From Utricularia gibba (taxonomy: Eukaryota > Plantae > Magnoliophyta): a stretch of DNA of 64,000 nucleotides. The notes below the pieces were generated by a model. It was given only the letters and a program-made list of their open reading frames with translations, was not told the DNA's origin and did no database searches. The stretch is from contig NEEC01000009.1 in assembly GCA_002189035.1 (NCBI GenBank), positions 620,001-684,000 on the forward strand, written 5' to 3'. Shown piece after piece: positions 13,040-26,255 of the stretch (position 1 is its first letter; each line of letters starts with the position of its first letter). The position numbers and the translations under genes are program-made.

Positions 13040-16000
13040 GAGATGGCTATGAAAGCGAATTATGATCATTGTACATGATTTTGTAAATGTTTTCATATCA
13101 GAATAAAGCAATCCAAATGACTGGAACAAAGCCTTCAAGGTATAATTGATCTTTCTCTATTTGTCTATGTTTGAGTAGATATGGAGGAGAAGGTGCAATG
13201 CATGCTAAAACTAATTGAGGGAGATGGGGATTCTTTTGCAAAGAGGGCAGAGATGTATTACAAGAGGAGACCTAAGCTCATCATATGTATTGAAGAATCA
13301 TATAAAAACTTTAGGGTGTTGGCTGATCGTTATGACATGTTATCCAAAGAGCTACATACTACCAACAACACGATTGATGTAGTATATCCTGAACATGTTC
13401 AGTTTGATACTTAAGAGGATGATGAGAGTTCTTATGAAAGTGGTCTCGACAATAACAAGGATAAGAAAAGTTGTACAAGTGTTCCAAAAGTCCCAAAGCC
13501 GCCAAATAAGGAGTTGAAAAGAATCATACAAAAGGCTTCAAGGCAACATCATGCCCAAAAGGTTCATATGCAAGAAAAGAAGATTGAAATAAGTGTGGTT
13601 AAGTTAGGTTTAACAAAAGAGCAAGCAAGTGAAAAGATCCACAAGCTTTCAAAGACATGCTTGCATTGCAAACTATCAAAGAATTTGTTAGAAAGAGATT
13701 TTCAGTCTGCAGGTATATCGAAGAAATGCAAAGAAGACAAACCAAATAAGTCAATCCAAGCCCAAGAAGGAGATACATGGCAATTCATCAGAATTAGCCA
13801 AACAGGCAAAAAGTTCAAAAAAAGCCAACGTAGACAACCTTCTAAAATTTAAAGGGGGGACTCAACATTAAATCAAGCCGACCATAAACAATATAGCCAT
13901 CATTAGGTCACCAAGTAGATCACTTTTGTAGAAGACCGTTGTCGTTATTCTCTACAAATATGTAGTTTTTGATGTTTTTTGAAAACTATGAAATCAGTGT
14001 TTTTTCCACTATGTTCTACCTTCTCCACTGCCTTATGTCTTCATCTCTTCGAACATCTTTCTCGTCCTCTTGAAAATTAGTTAGAGGATATAGTTACGAT
14101 GTAATAGATTGTTGAAGTACTGGGGAATAAAAAGTCAGATATCATAGATACAACAATGTGTGTCGATGCTACAAGATGAGTTTAACATGGGTGTCATCAT
14201 TGAGGATGATCAAGCTCGCATTCTAATGGCGGAAGTAGCTATTAGATCATGTCATGAGACACTAACAATGCTACAAGATAAACAAGGGAAAGTCACAAGA
14301 GAAGCCAAAGAGGAGTACCAGAAGATTGAAATTGCATGTGAGCATTTACAATCACTCAAAACTAAGTATATGCAGCATAAATCAGATGATGTAAAGTCGA
14401 GATTTGGTGACAAACAAAACACATCTAAACAATGGGAATTGAAAGAAATGATACAAGAAACTAAGCAAATTGAAGAGTTTCCAGATGAAATAAAGAACTC
14501 TAATTTCACTGAAAAGATAGATCAAATGATGAATAAGGTGATCAGCCTAGAAACGATTATTTCTTCTCAAGTTGTTCTAGTGAACACATTAAGAAAAGAA
14601 ACTGATGATCTAAAAATACATATTCAAATGTTTGAAGGTGAAAAAGAAAGTCTGATTGATGATGCACATAGTCTAATCTACAAGGTTGAGAAAATGGAAG
14701 AAAAGTTGAGTATAGTCCAAGATCTGAACAAGAATGTAGAAAACCACAACAATAATGTCCAGATAAACTTCATCAAGGCTCATTGGAACCTTGATCACCT
14801 AATTGAGAATTTAAGTAATGTGAAACTTGATGATGAAGAGACAAGTGTGACTATTGATTCCCTTTATCATGAAAGTAGAAGTATGAATGTCAAAGAGGAG
14901 CTCGTTTATGAGCTCATGGATGAGAAAAATATGGACAATGATTTTGAAAGAAACCAAAGCTTGATTGTTCAAGAGACAGAAGATACAAAGTAATGAGAGA
15001 AGTAAATGTAAATGTTGAATGCGCAACAGTGCCAAAGGAAGAGTTTCACCAAGAGTGCTACCATGAGTTTATTGATTGTAAGGTTCAACAAGAAAGAGAG
15101 GAAGATGAAGGGACTAATTGGTGGCAAATATTGTTGAGTGGTGTAGATGATCAAGAGAAAATTCTACTTAAAGAGTATACGACAACTACAAGGATGTAAA
15201 GAGGTAACTAAGTGACATGGAAAGAAAAGAAAGAGAGCATCAGTTTGATATAATAATGAAGATGAGAGAGCTGAAGGAATATATTCAAAAGAGAAACAAT
15301 GAGGTCCAAAGTCTCCATGAGCAATTAAGCCGTTAACGAGGAGAAAATTTAGTTGAACAACATAGGATCCATCCCTCTACCTTATCATTACGAGCTGATG
15401 CTATGAAACTTGAATCAAGAGGTGATTATTCGGACAACATCCCTATCTTCACGTCAAACAATACAATCAAGACGATCTTTATCAATAGGACTCTATCCAT
15501 CTCGAAGGCCAAACAAAAACTTTGAATGGACATTGATTCGATACTAGATGAAACTTGGATTTCTGGCTTAGATTTAGTAATGCATTTCATCAAATACTAA
15601 AGTTCATAAATGAAGTGAGTGATCTGCAGATTGAGACATCAAAACTCGTTGAAAAGAGAATGCAGAATGGGATCATATCACAATTGAAATATGAAACTTG
15701 TTCTGTTCACAAACATCTGAGAGAGACACAAAGAAAATCAGAAGTATGATTAGAGCAAAGCATGTCCTTAAGTACTAAATTTAACCATAGGTTTTCATCA
15801 TTATGTGTCATTCAAGAACAAATAACAATAGCTTTGATGGAAGGTGTTGAAGAGGATGAAATCAAATTTAGCAGCCATCAAGCTGCAAAGTTATAAGGTG
15901 AAGTTCTAAATATGGAGCAAGAAAACAATAAAGTTAGAGAAGAATTGCATTCTGGAGTCAACCATGTACGCATTCTACAAATGGAAACCAAAAAGACATT

Positions 16001-16190
16001 GAGAATGTTGAATGAAGAATTTTGCATATCTAGTGATCAAACGGAAAATATGTCATGGCCGAAATTTCCTCTTCGTTCATTTCTCTTTGGATCTAAGGTC
16101 AAAAGATCAAAGACCTTCATTTTGTCTAGTATGCGTCCCAGTCGAAAATACCAATTGCTCCAAGCAAGCTTGCATCTGGGTCGACACTAA
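13040..16190 (+). pseudogene. NET2: NET2/KIP1-like (NETWORKED actin-binding coiled-coil) pseudogene
   Basis: Exon 1 reads HIRIKQSK*LEQSLQ (W to stop at 13118). The NAB domain reads [31 protein letters not shown], and the C-terminus reads FPLRSFLFGSKVK. There are many further stops (13412, 14991, 15197, 15747), frameshifts and an internal insertion. Confidence 0.9.
13693..14074. mobile_element. Insertion of about 380 bp inside the NET2 pseudogene (LTR-like fragment)
   Basis: NET2 homology stops at ...LQTIKEFVR and resumes near ...RLLKYWGIKSQI. The insert is flanked by aatttgttaga and aattagttaga (10/11 direct repeat) and has LTR-like, non-coding composition. Confidence 0.55.
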
Positions 16191-16644
16191 TTTTTGGTTG
16201 TTATAATACTAAGCACTCTCAATTAGTCATGTAAGCAAAGTCTATGATAACTTCCCCTTCACATGTTATTTGTGCAATTTAAAAGCACAAACATGTTTAT
16301 TTAGCATTAAAATTTTGCATTTGTACATATACATGGGATACATATGAAAGATTTTTGAATTGGGATATTTGTTATTTATGAGTGTTGAAACAAGAATATG
16401 GATCATGCCTTTAACACAAATTGTATTCACCCTTGTTAATGCATAATAAACTAAAATTCTTAATATCATTATAATAAAATAAATTGATCACCTCTAATCT
16501 TCACAAAATGTAAATTAAACACAAAATGCACAATAAAGGTTTGGGATTAATCATAAGGAGCACATGCTTGCTATACGTTTTAGCATATACAAGTTAAGAG
16601 AATAAATGAAAATATTAGTCCAAGATCAGAATAATATTTACATA

Positions 16645-17340
16645 CAAAACAAGTAATTCAAATCAAATAACGATGCAAAAGATAAATAAATTCGATTCTC
16701 ACACATGTAATGTCTTACGGTACTTTGATGATATGATAAAACAAACTTTTAATTCTTTCATATTATTTCACACTTTCATAACTCCAAATAACCTAAGTTT
16801 ATCTAGGTCATTTATTATATCTTTGACTACAATACTCTCTAATATCTCAACTCATCTCAAGCATAGGTCAACCAATTTGTGAAATACATAAACCTAATTC
16901 TACTAGTTCTAACCGAGAGTAATATCTAATAAACTTGTCTTAACTCTTTGGTCTACCTTCAAGTTGAGTGTCTGAGTTATGTAGTTGGTTTGTCTACCCT
17001 TAGATCTACCCAAGTCATAGTAATACATACATCAATTGTGCAAAAATTACAATTAAAATAGACATTCACTCATACCACATTCGTTACTCTAAAGCATCTA
17101 CTAGGTTTAACCACTTATAATTGGTGCACTAAACAATCTTTTATAAAGATAAATTAAAAATGTCACTATAAAAGCTAAAATATTCAATATACAAGAACAA
17201 AGTAAACAAGTTTCTGCTTTCGTTTTCTACCATTCACAGCCCAAAATATTAACACTAAACTGGGTTTCTAAGCCTATTCTTCAAGTTGCAGGTTCTTTTG
17301 GAAATCATCTTCTTCTTCCTTGTTATTTGTTGTTGTTAAA
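16645..17340 (-). repeat. Dispersed repeat copy B (homologous to 1510-2240)
   Basis: Same-orientation, diverged colinear match to copy A. Confidence 0.65.
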
Positions 17341-17575
17341 GACTCTTGAAGAAGTTGTGTGTGTTCTTCATTAAAGCTACCCGTTTTTTACATTCTACTT
17401 TTTCAAAATATCTTTTTTCTCTTTCTTCAATGTAGATACTGTTCTTGTCTCTAACTTGTAGTCCATTGTGGCAAAAGTTCACTCATTGTCTCCTTCATTA
17501 ATGCTGCATCTCCTCCTAAACAGCTATTACACTAAATCCTTGTTTTGCCCCCTAATTTTAAAACTTTGTTGTTGT

Positions 17576-17970
17576 ACTAAAAAATAGATTAGAACATAGA
17601 GTCAGTTAAATCAAATTATTTGGCTCATTAGTAGAAAAAATCATGTCATTTCTTAAATTTTAGTAAAATACTAAAAACTATAAAATAAATATTTTTAAAA
17701 CATAATTAAAATTTATAATTTTTTATCCTAAAAATAGAAAAATTTGTATGTTATCAATACAATTTAATTTTAAAACACTAAAAAATAGATTAGAACATAG
17801 AGTCAGTTAAATCAAATTATTTGGCTCATTAGTAGAAAAAATCATGTCATTTCTTAAATTTTAGTAAAATACTAAAAACTATAAAATAAATATTTTTAAA
17901 ACATAATTAAAAAATTATAATTTTTTATCCTAAAAATAGAAAAATTTGTATGTTATCAATACAATTTCAA
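17576..17970. repeat. Near-perfect tandem duplication, 201-bp unit x2
   Basis: actaaaaaatagattagaacatagagtcagttaaatcaaattatttggctc occurs at 17576 and 17777, and the units differ at only a few positions. Confidence 0.95.
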
Positions 17971-18087
17971 TTTAATCAAACAAAGTTCAAGCATATACAT
18001 CCTTAGCAAGTCTCAAATTCACAATGCACTCACCTCTATATCATTAAATTAAGCTGGAAAAGATGCACAAACAAACGTAGTGATAAT

Positions 18088-20585
18088 TCACAATTCATTC
18101 ATAGCCAACTCTATATGACGATTCAAGTCATTAAGATATGTAGTATATGTATAGTCTTCTAGATCACAGGCATTCAATGTTAATGCTCTTATTGTTGATG
18201 GGTTTTGTTTTATCTCGATCACTTCTTTCTCACCTTTTAGTATCTGGACAACCTATGAGAAGATAATATTGTTGTTGGCTTTCATGGCATGATAACAAGG
18301 AAAAAAGGTGTGATAGTACCTCCTTCATGCTAGGACGTGCACTAGGGAAGTGATTAATGCATACAGAAGCTAGAAACACTAGACGTTTGACTTCAGCAAC
18401 ATTATACAATTCACCAAGTCGAGGATCCACTAGTTCTTTCAAATTTTCCCTCTTAAGAAATGGTTTTGCCTATCGAAAAAATAGAATCAGATAATCAATT
18501 GCTTAATGCAATTGAAAAGTAAAATCATTACATATGAATAGAAGATTAATCATTCAAACAAAAAAACATACCCATATCACAAGACTTTGTCTATTGTAAT
18601 CAACTGCTTTACGCCCGGTTATTAGCTCAAGTAGCAAAACACCAAAAGCAAACACGTCAGTCTTCTCATTTACAATCCCATACATGAAATATTCAGGAGC
18701 CATATACCTATATTTTGACACAAGAAATTTTCAAAACTTTTTTTATAAACGAACATTAGATAATATATCTAAGTCTCACCCAAAAGTTCCTTCTATGGGT
18801 GAAACAACAAGATGAGCCAGTGTATCTGGAAGCCATTTTGCTAGACCAAAATCCGATATCTACTATGAACATCTCGAATTAGCATAAAAAACGAAACTTA
18901 GTATATGGATGCATCAGATGAAACCTGAGGTTCATAATCTTGAAAAAGTAAGATATTTGATGATGTTATATCTCTGTGAATGATCCTTTTCACGCAACCA
19001 CTATGTAGATACTTCAATCCTTCAGCTACCCCTATTGCTAATTTGTATCTCATATTCCACGCAAAAGTCTCTTCACAACCTGATCCATTCATCAAATCTT
19101 TGTCATAAGAAAAGATATTCGAAGAGATTAAATGCTACAATAATAATGCAAGTAAAATCACCATGTAACACATTAGCAAGGCTTCCATATGATGAAAACT
19201 GAAGAATGAGATATAAACCACCATCATCACTGAATCCAATAAGCTTAGCTGCATTGGGATGATCTACATGGGCAATGATACCGAGTTCAGAGAAAAAATC
19301 ACCAACTCTATCCTTGTTTGCATTCTTTCTCTCTGTTATTTTCTTGATAGCCACAAGTTGGTCATCAGGTAAACAACCCATGAATACTTCTGCATGACCC
19401 CCTTTTCCTATCAACTTATCTGATCAAAAAGCATTGGAGGATTTTGGCTTAGTTGGGAGATATTTCAAGATGAGACCTTTAACACTAAGACTGCAATTTT
19501 TATCAAACTAACAAATCAAATAAGTCTAAAAAAAGACCTACAGACATCCACTTCATCCATATATTGATTATTTTCATTTTTGCCAACATGAAAAGCACAC
19601 TGAATTACATAAAGCTTTCTTAGTAAAAAAAAAACGAATAGCAGAAGTCAAAATTCTCTAACACAATTCACACCCTTGGGCTAAGCAATCTTAGCACCAA
19701 AAAACAAGAGCTAGATGATTATATCACCATAATCAAGCTTTGCTTCATGTTTACATTGAGAGAAAGTCTACAGTATTTAGATGCTTAGCTGTTGGAGAAT
19801 TCATTTCAATTCAAAGATGATCTTCTCAAGTCATTGTAGTACATCATTCGTTGGTGTAGTGTTCAATTTCCATTATCATAGAATCATGCCAGTAAAAAAA
19901 AAATGCTTTTTGTAGTTATTGCATGATTAGTTGTTGGTTGTTGGTAGAGTTATGGGTTCTACATGTTCAACTTCCATGAACTCTACTAAGAAGATGAAGT
20001 TACAAACCATTCATTAACCATAGTTTAGGGTTTAGTGGACTATGAAAGTGACTAAATTTACCGGAGCTAAAGTTGTCAGTGGCCTGTATGAGCTCTTCCA
20101 AGGTAAAGTTTCTCCAAGAAGGCCTTGTAATAGTGAACTCCAAAGTGGTGTCACTATCCTCTGCTGCTACTGTCTTTCTAGAATAAGTTTTGGTATTGCG
20201 GAGCAACAATATGGTGGGAAGAGACCAAACTGAACTTCTCTTCATTTGGCCAAACAATTTCTTCCAGTTCAAATTCAAGCACCCTCTCTCAACTTCACCC
20301 TTATTTGCTTCGGTTTTTTGATGAATGGTACTACTGTTGTCAGCATCTGAACCACAAACTGGCACCTCAAAAACTCCCCATGATGAGGATTGCTCCTTCG
20401 ATTTTTCTTTTTCTTTCCCTTTGTCACCATTCTCACGTATTACAGATTTCTCCGTTTCATGGGTCTGTTGCTCTACCATTCCAAAAACTATAAACATAAA
20501 AAACATGTATCTAGGGAGTCACAGGGAAAAGATGGGAAAGGAGATGACAAATACCATAAATTGAAACTTGAGTTCCTAGGGCCAT
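18088..20585 (-). CDS. Receptor-like cytoplasmic kinase, RLCK-VI / RBK family
   Basis: Spliced GT-AG exons give RPSWRNFTLEELIQATDNFS, IGKGGHAEV, HRDITSSNILL, ISDFGLAKWLP, GTFGYMAPEY and a last exon VVQILKGE...CDLEDYTYTTYLNDLNRHIELAMNEL* (18088-18252). The start is uncertain (ATG 20585 via a short exon, or about 20480). Confidence 0.9.
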
Positions 20586-21787
20586 GGTGACGGAGCTAGA
20601 AAAGAGAAAACTCGAAAATCTCAGTATTTTTATATGCAAAAAATCGTTTCGTAGTCAAATAAAAAAGAAGATGTGATTTTTTTTTCATGAACCAGGTTAA
20701 GCAGATAGAGCATCACGAATCTATGTAATTATAGGACACATCTATAACTTGGAGAGAACATGGGAAGAAAAAGACAAGTTGGGGCCATCCAATAATATCG
20801 TTTGAATAGAATACCTGCAATTTAAAAATCTCATTTATACAAAAATGATGTAAAGCATTCATATGTAATGGAGAAAAAGGCAACTACGATGATGGTTTAG
20901 TTAGATTCACCATTGTTGGTTCAACTACTGCTACCAAGATTGATCAAACTATAGTTGCTCCAATAACCAACCCACACTGCCACACATGATGGCTCCCAAC
21001 ACATGAGTGCATTTTTTACTATTTACCTATGTATGTTTTTAACCATTCACAAGAATGAAAAAAATTGAGTCCCACCATGAAAGTGCTATTGAGTTGGTGT
21101 TACAGAATTTTATAGTTTTTGAGCGAAATCAGATACAGTAATTGCATGTTGTTAGGTTTAATTCTTGTAATGAATCTCTTTATCTGACCTTTATGTTACA
21201 TCTATTATCAAAATATATCAAGTATTGTTAATCAAATATACTTAATATTATGATACGTAATACAATAAATATATACATACATTAATTAACATGCTAGTTT
21301 AATTAACTACCTCTCAACTAAAAAAAATGATAACCCTCTATTTCTAGAACTCTAAAGTTGACAACTTTAAATTATTTTCTTTTTTATAAAGTAAAAATTA
21401 ATCTGATAGTAATATTATGGAATAAAAAAATAATTAATTAAGACATTACAAATAGTAGTAATATATCTAGGAATGGTGTTGTAAATTTGATTGTAATAAT
21501 GAAAGTGATGATGAATATTGGATTGTAATAAATTCTCTAATCACTCTTCAAATAATCATAATATTAATTTATGAATCAAAAATCTAAATATCAATTTTTA
21601 CAAAAACATAAATTTTTAAGATTTTTGATATGTGAATCAATTTTTTATATATAAATTATTCTATTGAATTAAAAATTTATAAAATATCTTATTACTTAAA
21701 CATATATATATATATATACATATATATTACTTATTCATGCAATGCGGGTATGGTTAACTACACTTGATTTTCCTCTCATTTCTGTTC

Positions 21788-22035
21788 ACTCTGAAGCAGG
21801 ATCAGGGCGACCGGAAACCGCTCCAAAAAGTCCTGCAGTTCCTCATACTGAAGTGAGAATCCACGGTGTAAACTCTGAAGCAGAATCACGGCGACCGGAA
21901 ACCGCTCCAAAAATCCTACAGTTCTGCATACTGAAGTGAGAATCCACAGTGTAAACTCTGAAGCAGAATCACGGCGACCGGAAACCCGCTCCAAAAATCC
22001 TACAGTTCCTCATACTGAAGTGAGAATCCACAGTG
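21788..22035. repeat. Tandem array of three 83-84 bp units containing the RAD4 stop codon region
   Basis: actctgaagcag recurs at 21788, 21872 and 21955, and each unit carries catactgaagtgagaatccac. Confidence 0.95.
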
Positions 22036-25000
22036 ACATCGCTTTATCCGGGAGGAGGAACCATCGGCATCAGAGACTTGCACGTCTACAGAGAATTCAT
22101 GCTCATGGGTCTCTGCAACAGTGGGGACTGATGCATCAGCTGGTTCCGGGCATTCTTTATCCGGTTTTGTGATGCCGGTGGTTGGCTGCGATGATGTCGC
22201 ATCGTCTTGATAAAGACTAGTCAACCTCCGCCGAGTTATCAGGGACGAGAGAAGCTGATACCATCTGGAAAGCGCCTGAGCCTCCCGTGCTCTTTTCTCT
22301 CTGGCGTCTCTTCTCTGCTCTTCCTCAAAATATGCCTGTGAAATCAAGTATTGAGGAATTGACCTGCATAATATGTATGGAGAGTGAATCAAGGGGCGAC
22401 TCACATCTAAAATTGTATCCTTGAACTCAGCGCACACGACGATGCCATCGTATACAGGAACAGAACGACCGTTTCTGAACTCGAAGCCAACCATGGCAGG
22501 AGCATAGTCAATCCCCAGTGTTTTTGCTACATGAAACACTCTGGGATAAGGCAGATGGACAGTTCCCGGAGGCAGGCTCTTCTCGGACCATACGTCTACT
22601 TGGCCTCGCTCATTCTAGGAGCCAAAAAAACACTTTCAGTCAACAAAAGACAATAAGATCGAAATGAGCGAGGAGCACGAGCAAAGTGGGAATGAAGAGA
22701 AGCTTAGACCTCATATAACAGCTGCCTTCAAATAATGATGACTATGCAGGGAACACGGAAGATATGAAGATAAAGTTACCTTGGGCACTACCCCATCAAC
22801 TGCACGAGGAAGACAGAGTGGTTCAGTTTGCCACTTCCCATAAAGGGCAACTGTCTCTTCATGATTCACCTCAGAGCAGTCACCGTTATCCACAGCCTTA
22901 GATTTACGATGGTCCTGGTGACGCTTCACAATCTTCAGCGGGAAAAGGGAGATAACACCAAATAAGATGTCGGTCAGCAGTTATTTTCAGTAAGAAATGC
23001 AACAAGTATTCCTACCTTGGCAGGAGTTTGATCATCTTTCACTTGCAGCCCCTCCCGTAACCAAATTTCTTTTGTATGAAGTGTTTGGACGCATGTACGG
23101 GGATAAACAGCCTGCCCAGCACAATATCCCAATACAGGTCCCTTTGGATACAACGCTTCATATTTTTTAAGCCATCTTTCAATCACATACAACTTATGAG
23201 TTCTGTATGCCTGGGGAATAGAGAGAACCATGAGAGAAAAAAGCTCAAATTTTACCTTCAATCTACTGAAGGCCATTCAAATAAAACCTTACTTGTTGAT
23301 TGGTTGGCAGCGGTTCAGTCAATGCTCTCGTTTCTAGTTCCATATCCTCTAAGGCGCTTCTAGCTGATGCATGACTACTCCTCAGGGAGGAATCTACTGC
23401 ATTCTCCTCGCAGTCTCTCTTATCTAAATCTTGTAATTGAGATGCCTCCACTTTCTTATGGTCAGCAGCTTCAGATTCCATGACAGCAATACCTCCTGTT
23501 GCTCCAGACTCCAACTCCTTCAATGGCGCTAGAACAGAATCCCACCAAGTGGAGCTTACTCTTTGTGATGCTATCGTGTGCCATTTTATGCAATACCTGA
23601 AAAATGCTTCCCTTATGTCAATCTAAAATCATAAAAAATGCTTCTAGAACTTTCCTAAATTCCGTTAAAAACGACAGTGATTGATCGAATAAGGATCCCA
23701 CAAAGAGAGATCCCATGATGGATTAAACCAAGATCCTAGAGTGTGAAACTTCTAACCTCCGTGTGACATCCTTGGCTCCACGTCCAGCAAAAGCAACGAC
23801 ATATCTCAGAGATTTTTTGCATGCTGCAGCTGCAGCTTCGACTTTACCTTCTTCGTCAATAATGGAGTTGACAGCATCAACATGAACCCATCTTCCGGAC
23901 AAGTTCTCACCATTACAAAAGACCTCAGCCCAATAAATTGGTGCCCCTATTTTTTTTGACCCAATAGCTGTAGATAGCTCATCAGGGGATTCTTTTACAA
24001 TTTTTTTCATTTTCCTTGGAGGAGTGGGCACTGTTGATGTGCTACAAACTTCTGCACAGGGTGCTGGAACAACTTTTGAACTGCCAGCCGCTGTTGCAGC
24101 GAGAGCTGCTGCCAACTGCATTTCAAATTCATGATCACCTTTTCTCTTTAACCCTGACGATTTTACAGAGGATGGTTCAGGAACATTTGGAGCTTCAGAG
24201 ACCATTTCATCTTCATAACTTTCCATGGTGTCAGAGTCTTGCCCTTTACTTCCACGTTTCATGGATTTCCCAACCTCCTTCCTGCTAGCACACCTTAATA
24301 AGGGCTTACTGCTACTGTGCTCATGATCATCTTTCAATGATTTCGTATAGTGAATATAAGAACTAGGTTCAGCAGTCATCAATGTTGATGAGCTAAATAC
24401 ATCTCCTTTTCTCCTCTTAAAACCAGGCATATCGTATTCTTTTTTATGTCGCTCAGGTTTCAAAGAGGCTACATCCAACATGCAAACAAACCTGTAAAGA
24501 GACAGTAACTAACTAGTGTCAAATATCTCAACTTTTTCTCTAAAATATGCATTAACCATTAACCCTTAAAACAAGAAGAATGAACAGTAATGGAAGCGAG
24601 GAGAGCACCAAACTGAATAGATCCAACAACTAAAATAATTAGATCTTACTAATGGAACAATGCTGGGAGATAAATACCGTGAGGTCAGATTCAGTGCCCT
24701 GAATAATGCCACAGATAATGCTGTGACCTACATGAAAGCACCCCTGATAAATGGTCAGTAATATGAAACTTGAAAAATTCTCATTTGGTTTAGCCTGAGC
24801 AGCATTTATAAAAACAGTGGTACCAAATGCTAAAAAGAATCCTATTATTACACGACAAGTAGACAATTTAACGGGTGCAACATACTGCCTCAGGTGTCCC
24901 TTCTCGAGTTTCCAGTGCCGAAGCCAATGATAAATGACATGAGTTCTCAGATATACTAGAACTGCTGACTTGGAAGCTTCTGCGGAACTGATTAGAGCAT

Positions 25001-25700
25001 AGAGAGAAAACATGTTACTTTGGCTTTCCAGTGGGTGAGATGCCATTCTAACTTTCATTCAAAGAACCATTCGTGTATATACATACCCAACTGACAAGCG
25101 GTGACAAGCAGCTCGCAGTGAGCTTTGAATGTTCTGAAATCTTCAACAGCTGATACGGAACTAAAGAAAGTAGAGAAGCCTGCCACAATTCGTGTATTCC
25201 AAGAACAAGGCAACTAAATCATCAACACTAAAATTATGTGTTTGTTTTCATATGACAGCAACAAAGCCTTCTTTCTAAAACAACCAACCATTTAACTGAG
25301 TGATACGTAGCTCCCACCAAACACTATCTTTTTCCAAAAAAAAAAAAAAAAAATTCACGACGAGAAAACCTGAATGAGCGGATCATCACAGGCACTTTCC
25401 ATTAACCTTCCCCTTCCAAGTAGACAAAGCAGATGAGCCTTGTGAACCAGCTCCGCCACTTCCTGCTACCCCAAGACAATCGTGAAGATAAAAAGAACAG
25501 CAATAATACCAAGTCCCATAAAACGTTTTCCTGTAATTCCCAACCTTCTGTTCTGCTGTGGCTCGCCGGACAGGCTCACGCTTTGGGAGGTCTTGTGAAA
25601 CTTCGAACTCAATAGAGACCTGATCTTTCTCCGAATACAACGTAGACACAAACCCATCTTCCCATACAGAATCATCATTACAGCTATCATCATCAAGCAT
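22000..25700 (-). CDS. RAD4: DNA repair protein RAD4/XPC, multi-exon
   Basis: In-frame GT-AG exons encode AELVHKAHLLCLLGRGR, YWAEVFC...RWVHVDAVN, ALTEPLPTNQQAY, LYGKWQTEPL, NERGQVDVWSE and YAPAMVGFEFRNGRSVP, and end in CHCGFSLQYEEL*. The true 5' end may lie upstream of ATG 25700. Confidence 0.95.
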
Positions 25701-26255
25701 TTTTGTACACCCCAGTAAATCACGGCAAGGGTAAAGGTTTCGTTTTGACAGGTGAAAATTACAGCAGATTTGGTAACTCCCCTTTACATTGTTGCTGAAT
25801 CCAGGAAGCGGAAGGGCTGCAATTTCTAATTACTAGATTCAATTTTGCCCTAGAGTCAGCGTACCCGGACATATGTCGGTTACCCCTGATACGTGTGTAC
25901 ATACAGACCCCTCGTGCGTCTCCCTTAACAGCAATGCAATATTCATCACATTACCGGTGCCAATATCATTTGTAGTTTATAGCTGCAGTCGCGCAAATTT
26001 TAGACGATTGTGTATTCCTGATACCATCTAACTATTGTCGGAGTTCGACCGGCCCACCGAGTTCTATTACCGGAATCATTTGGGTATGCAAAATGAGATA
26101 CTTTATGCGCGTGTGAAGGCGCCATTCCCGTTGGTACAAACCATGAACAAGATACAGAACCCAGATTCTTGTGCTAACAAAGCTGTTGTTTAGTTTAAAT
26201 AAGCATGAACTGGCTCCAGCCTGTGGGGCAGACGACAGAGCACTTGGACCTTGCT

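Noticed and set aside
21736-21772. Helitron 3' terminus
   Set aside because: The hairpin and CTRR end need several assumed mutations and no 5' end was identified. It is mentioned only as a hint in the boundary finding.
21788-22035. Regularly spaced repeats as a possible CRISPR array
   Set aside because: The units are whole-length tandem copies with no unique spacers, they derive from the RAD4 3' end, and the context is eukaryotic.
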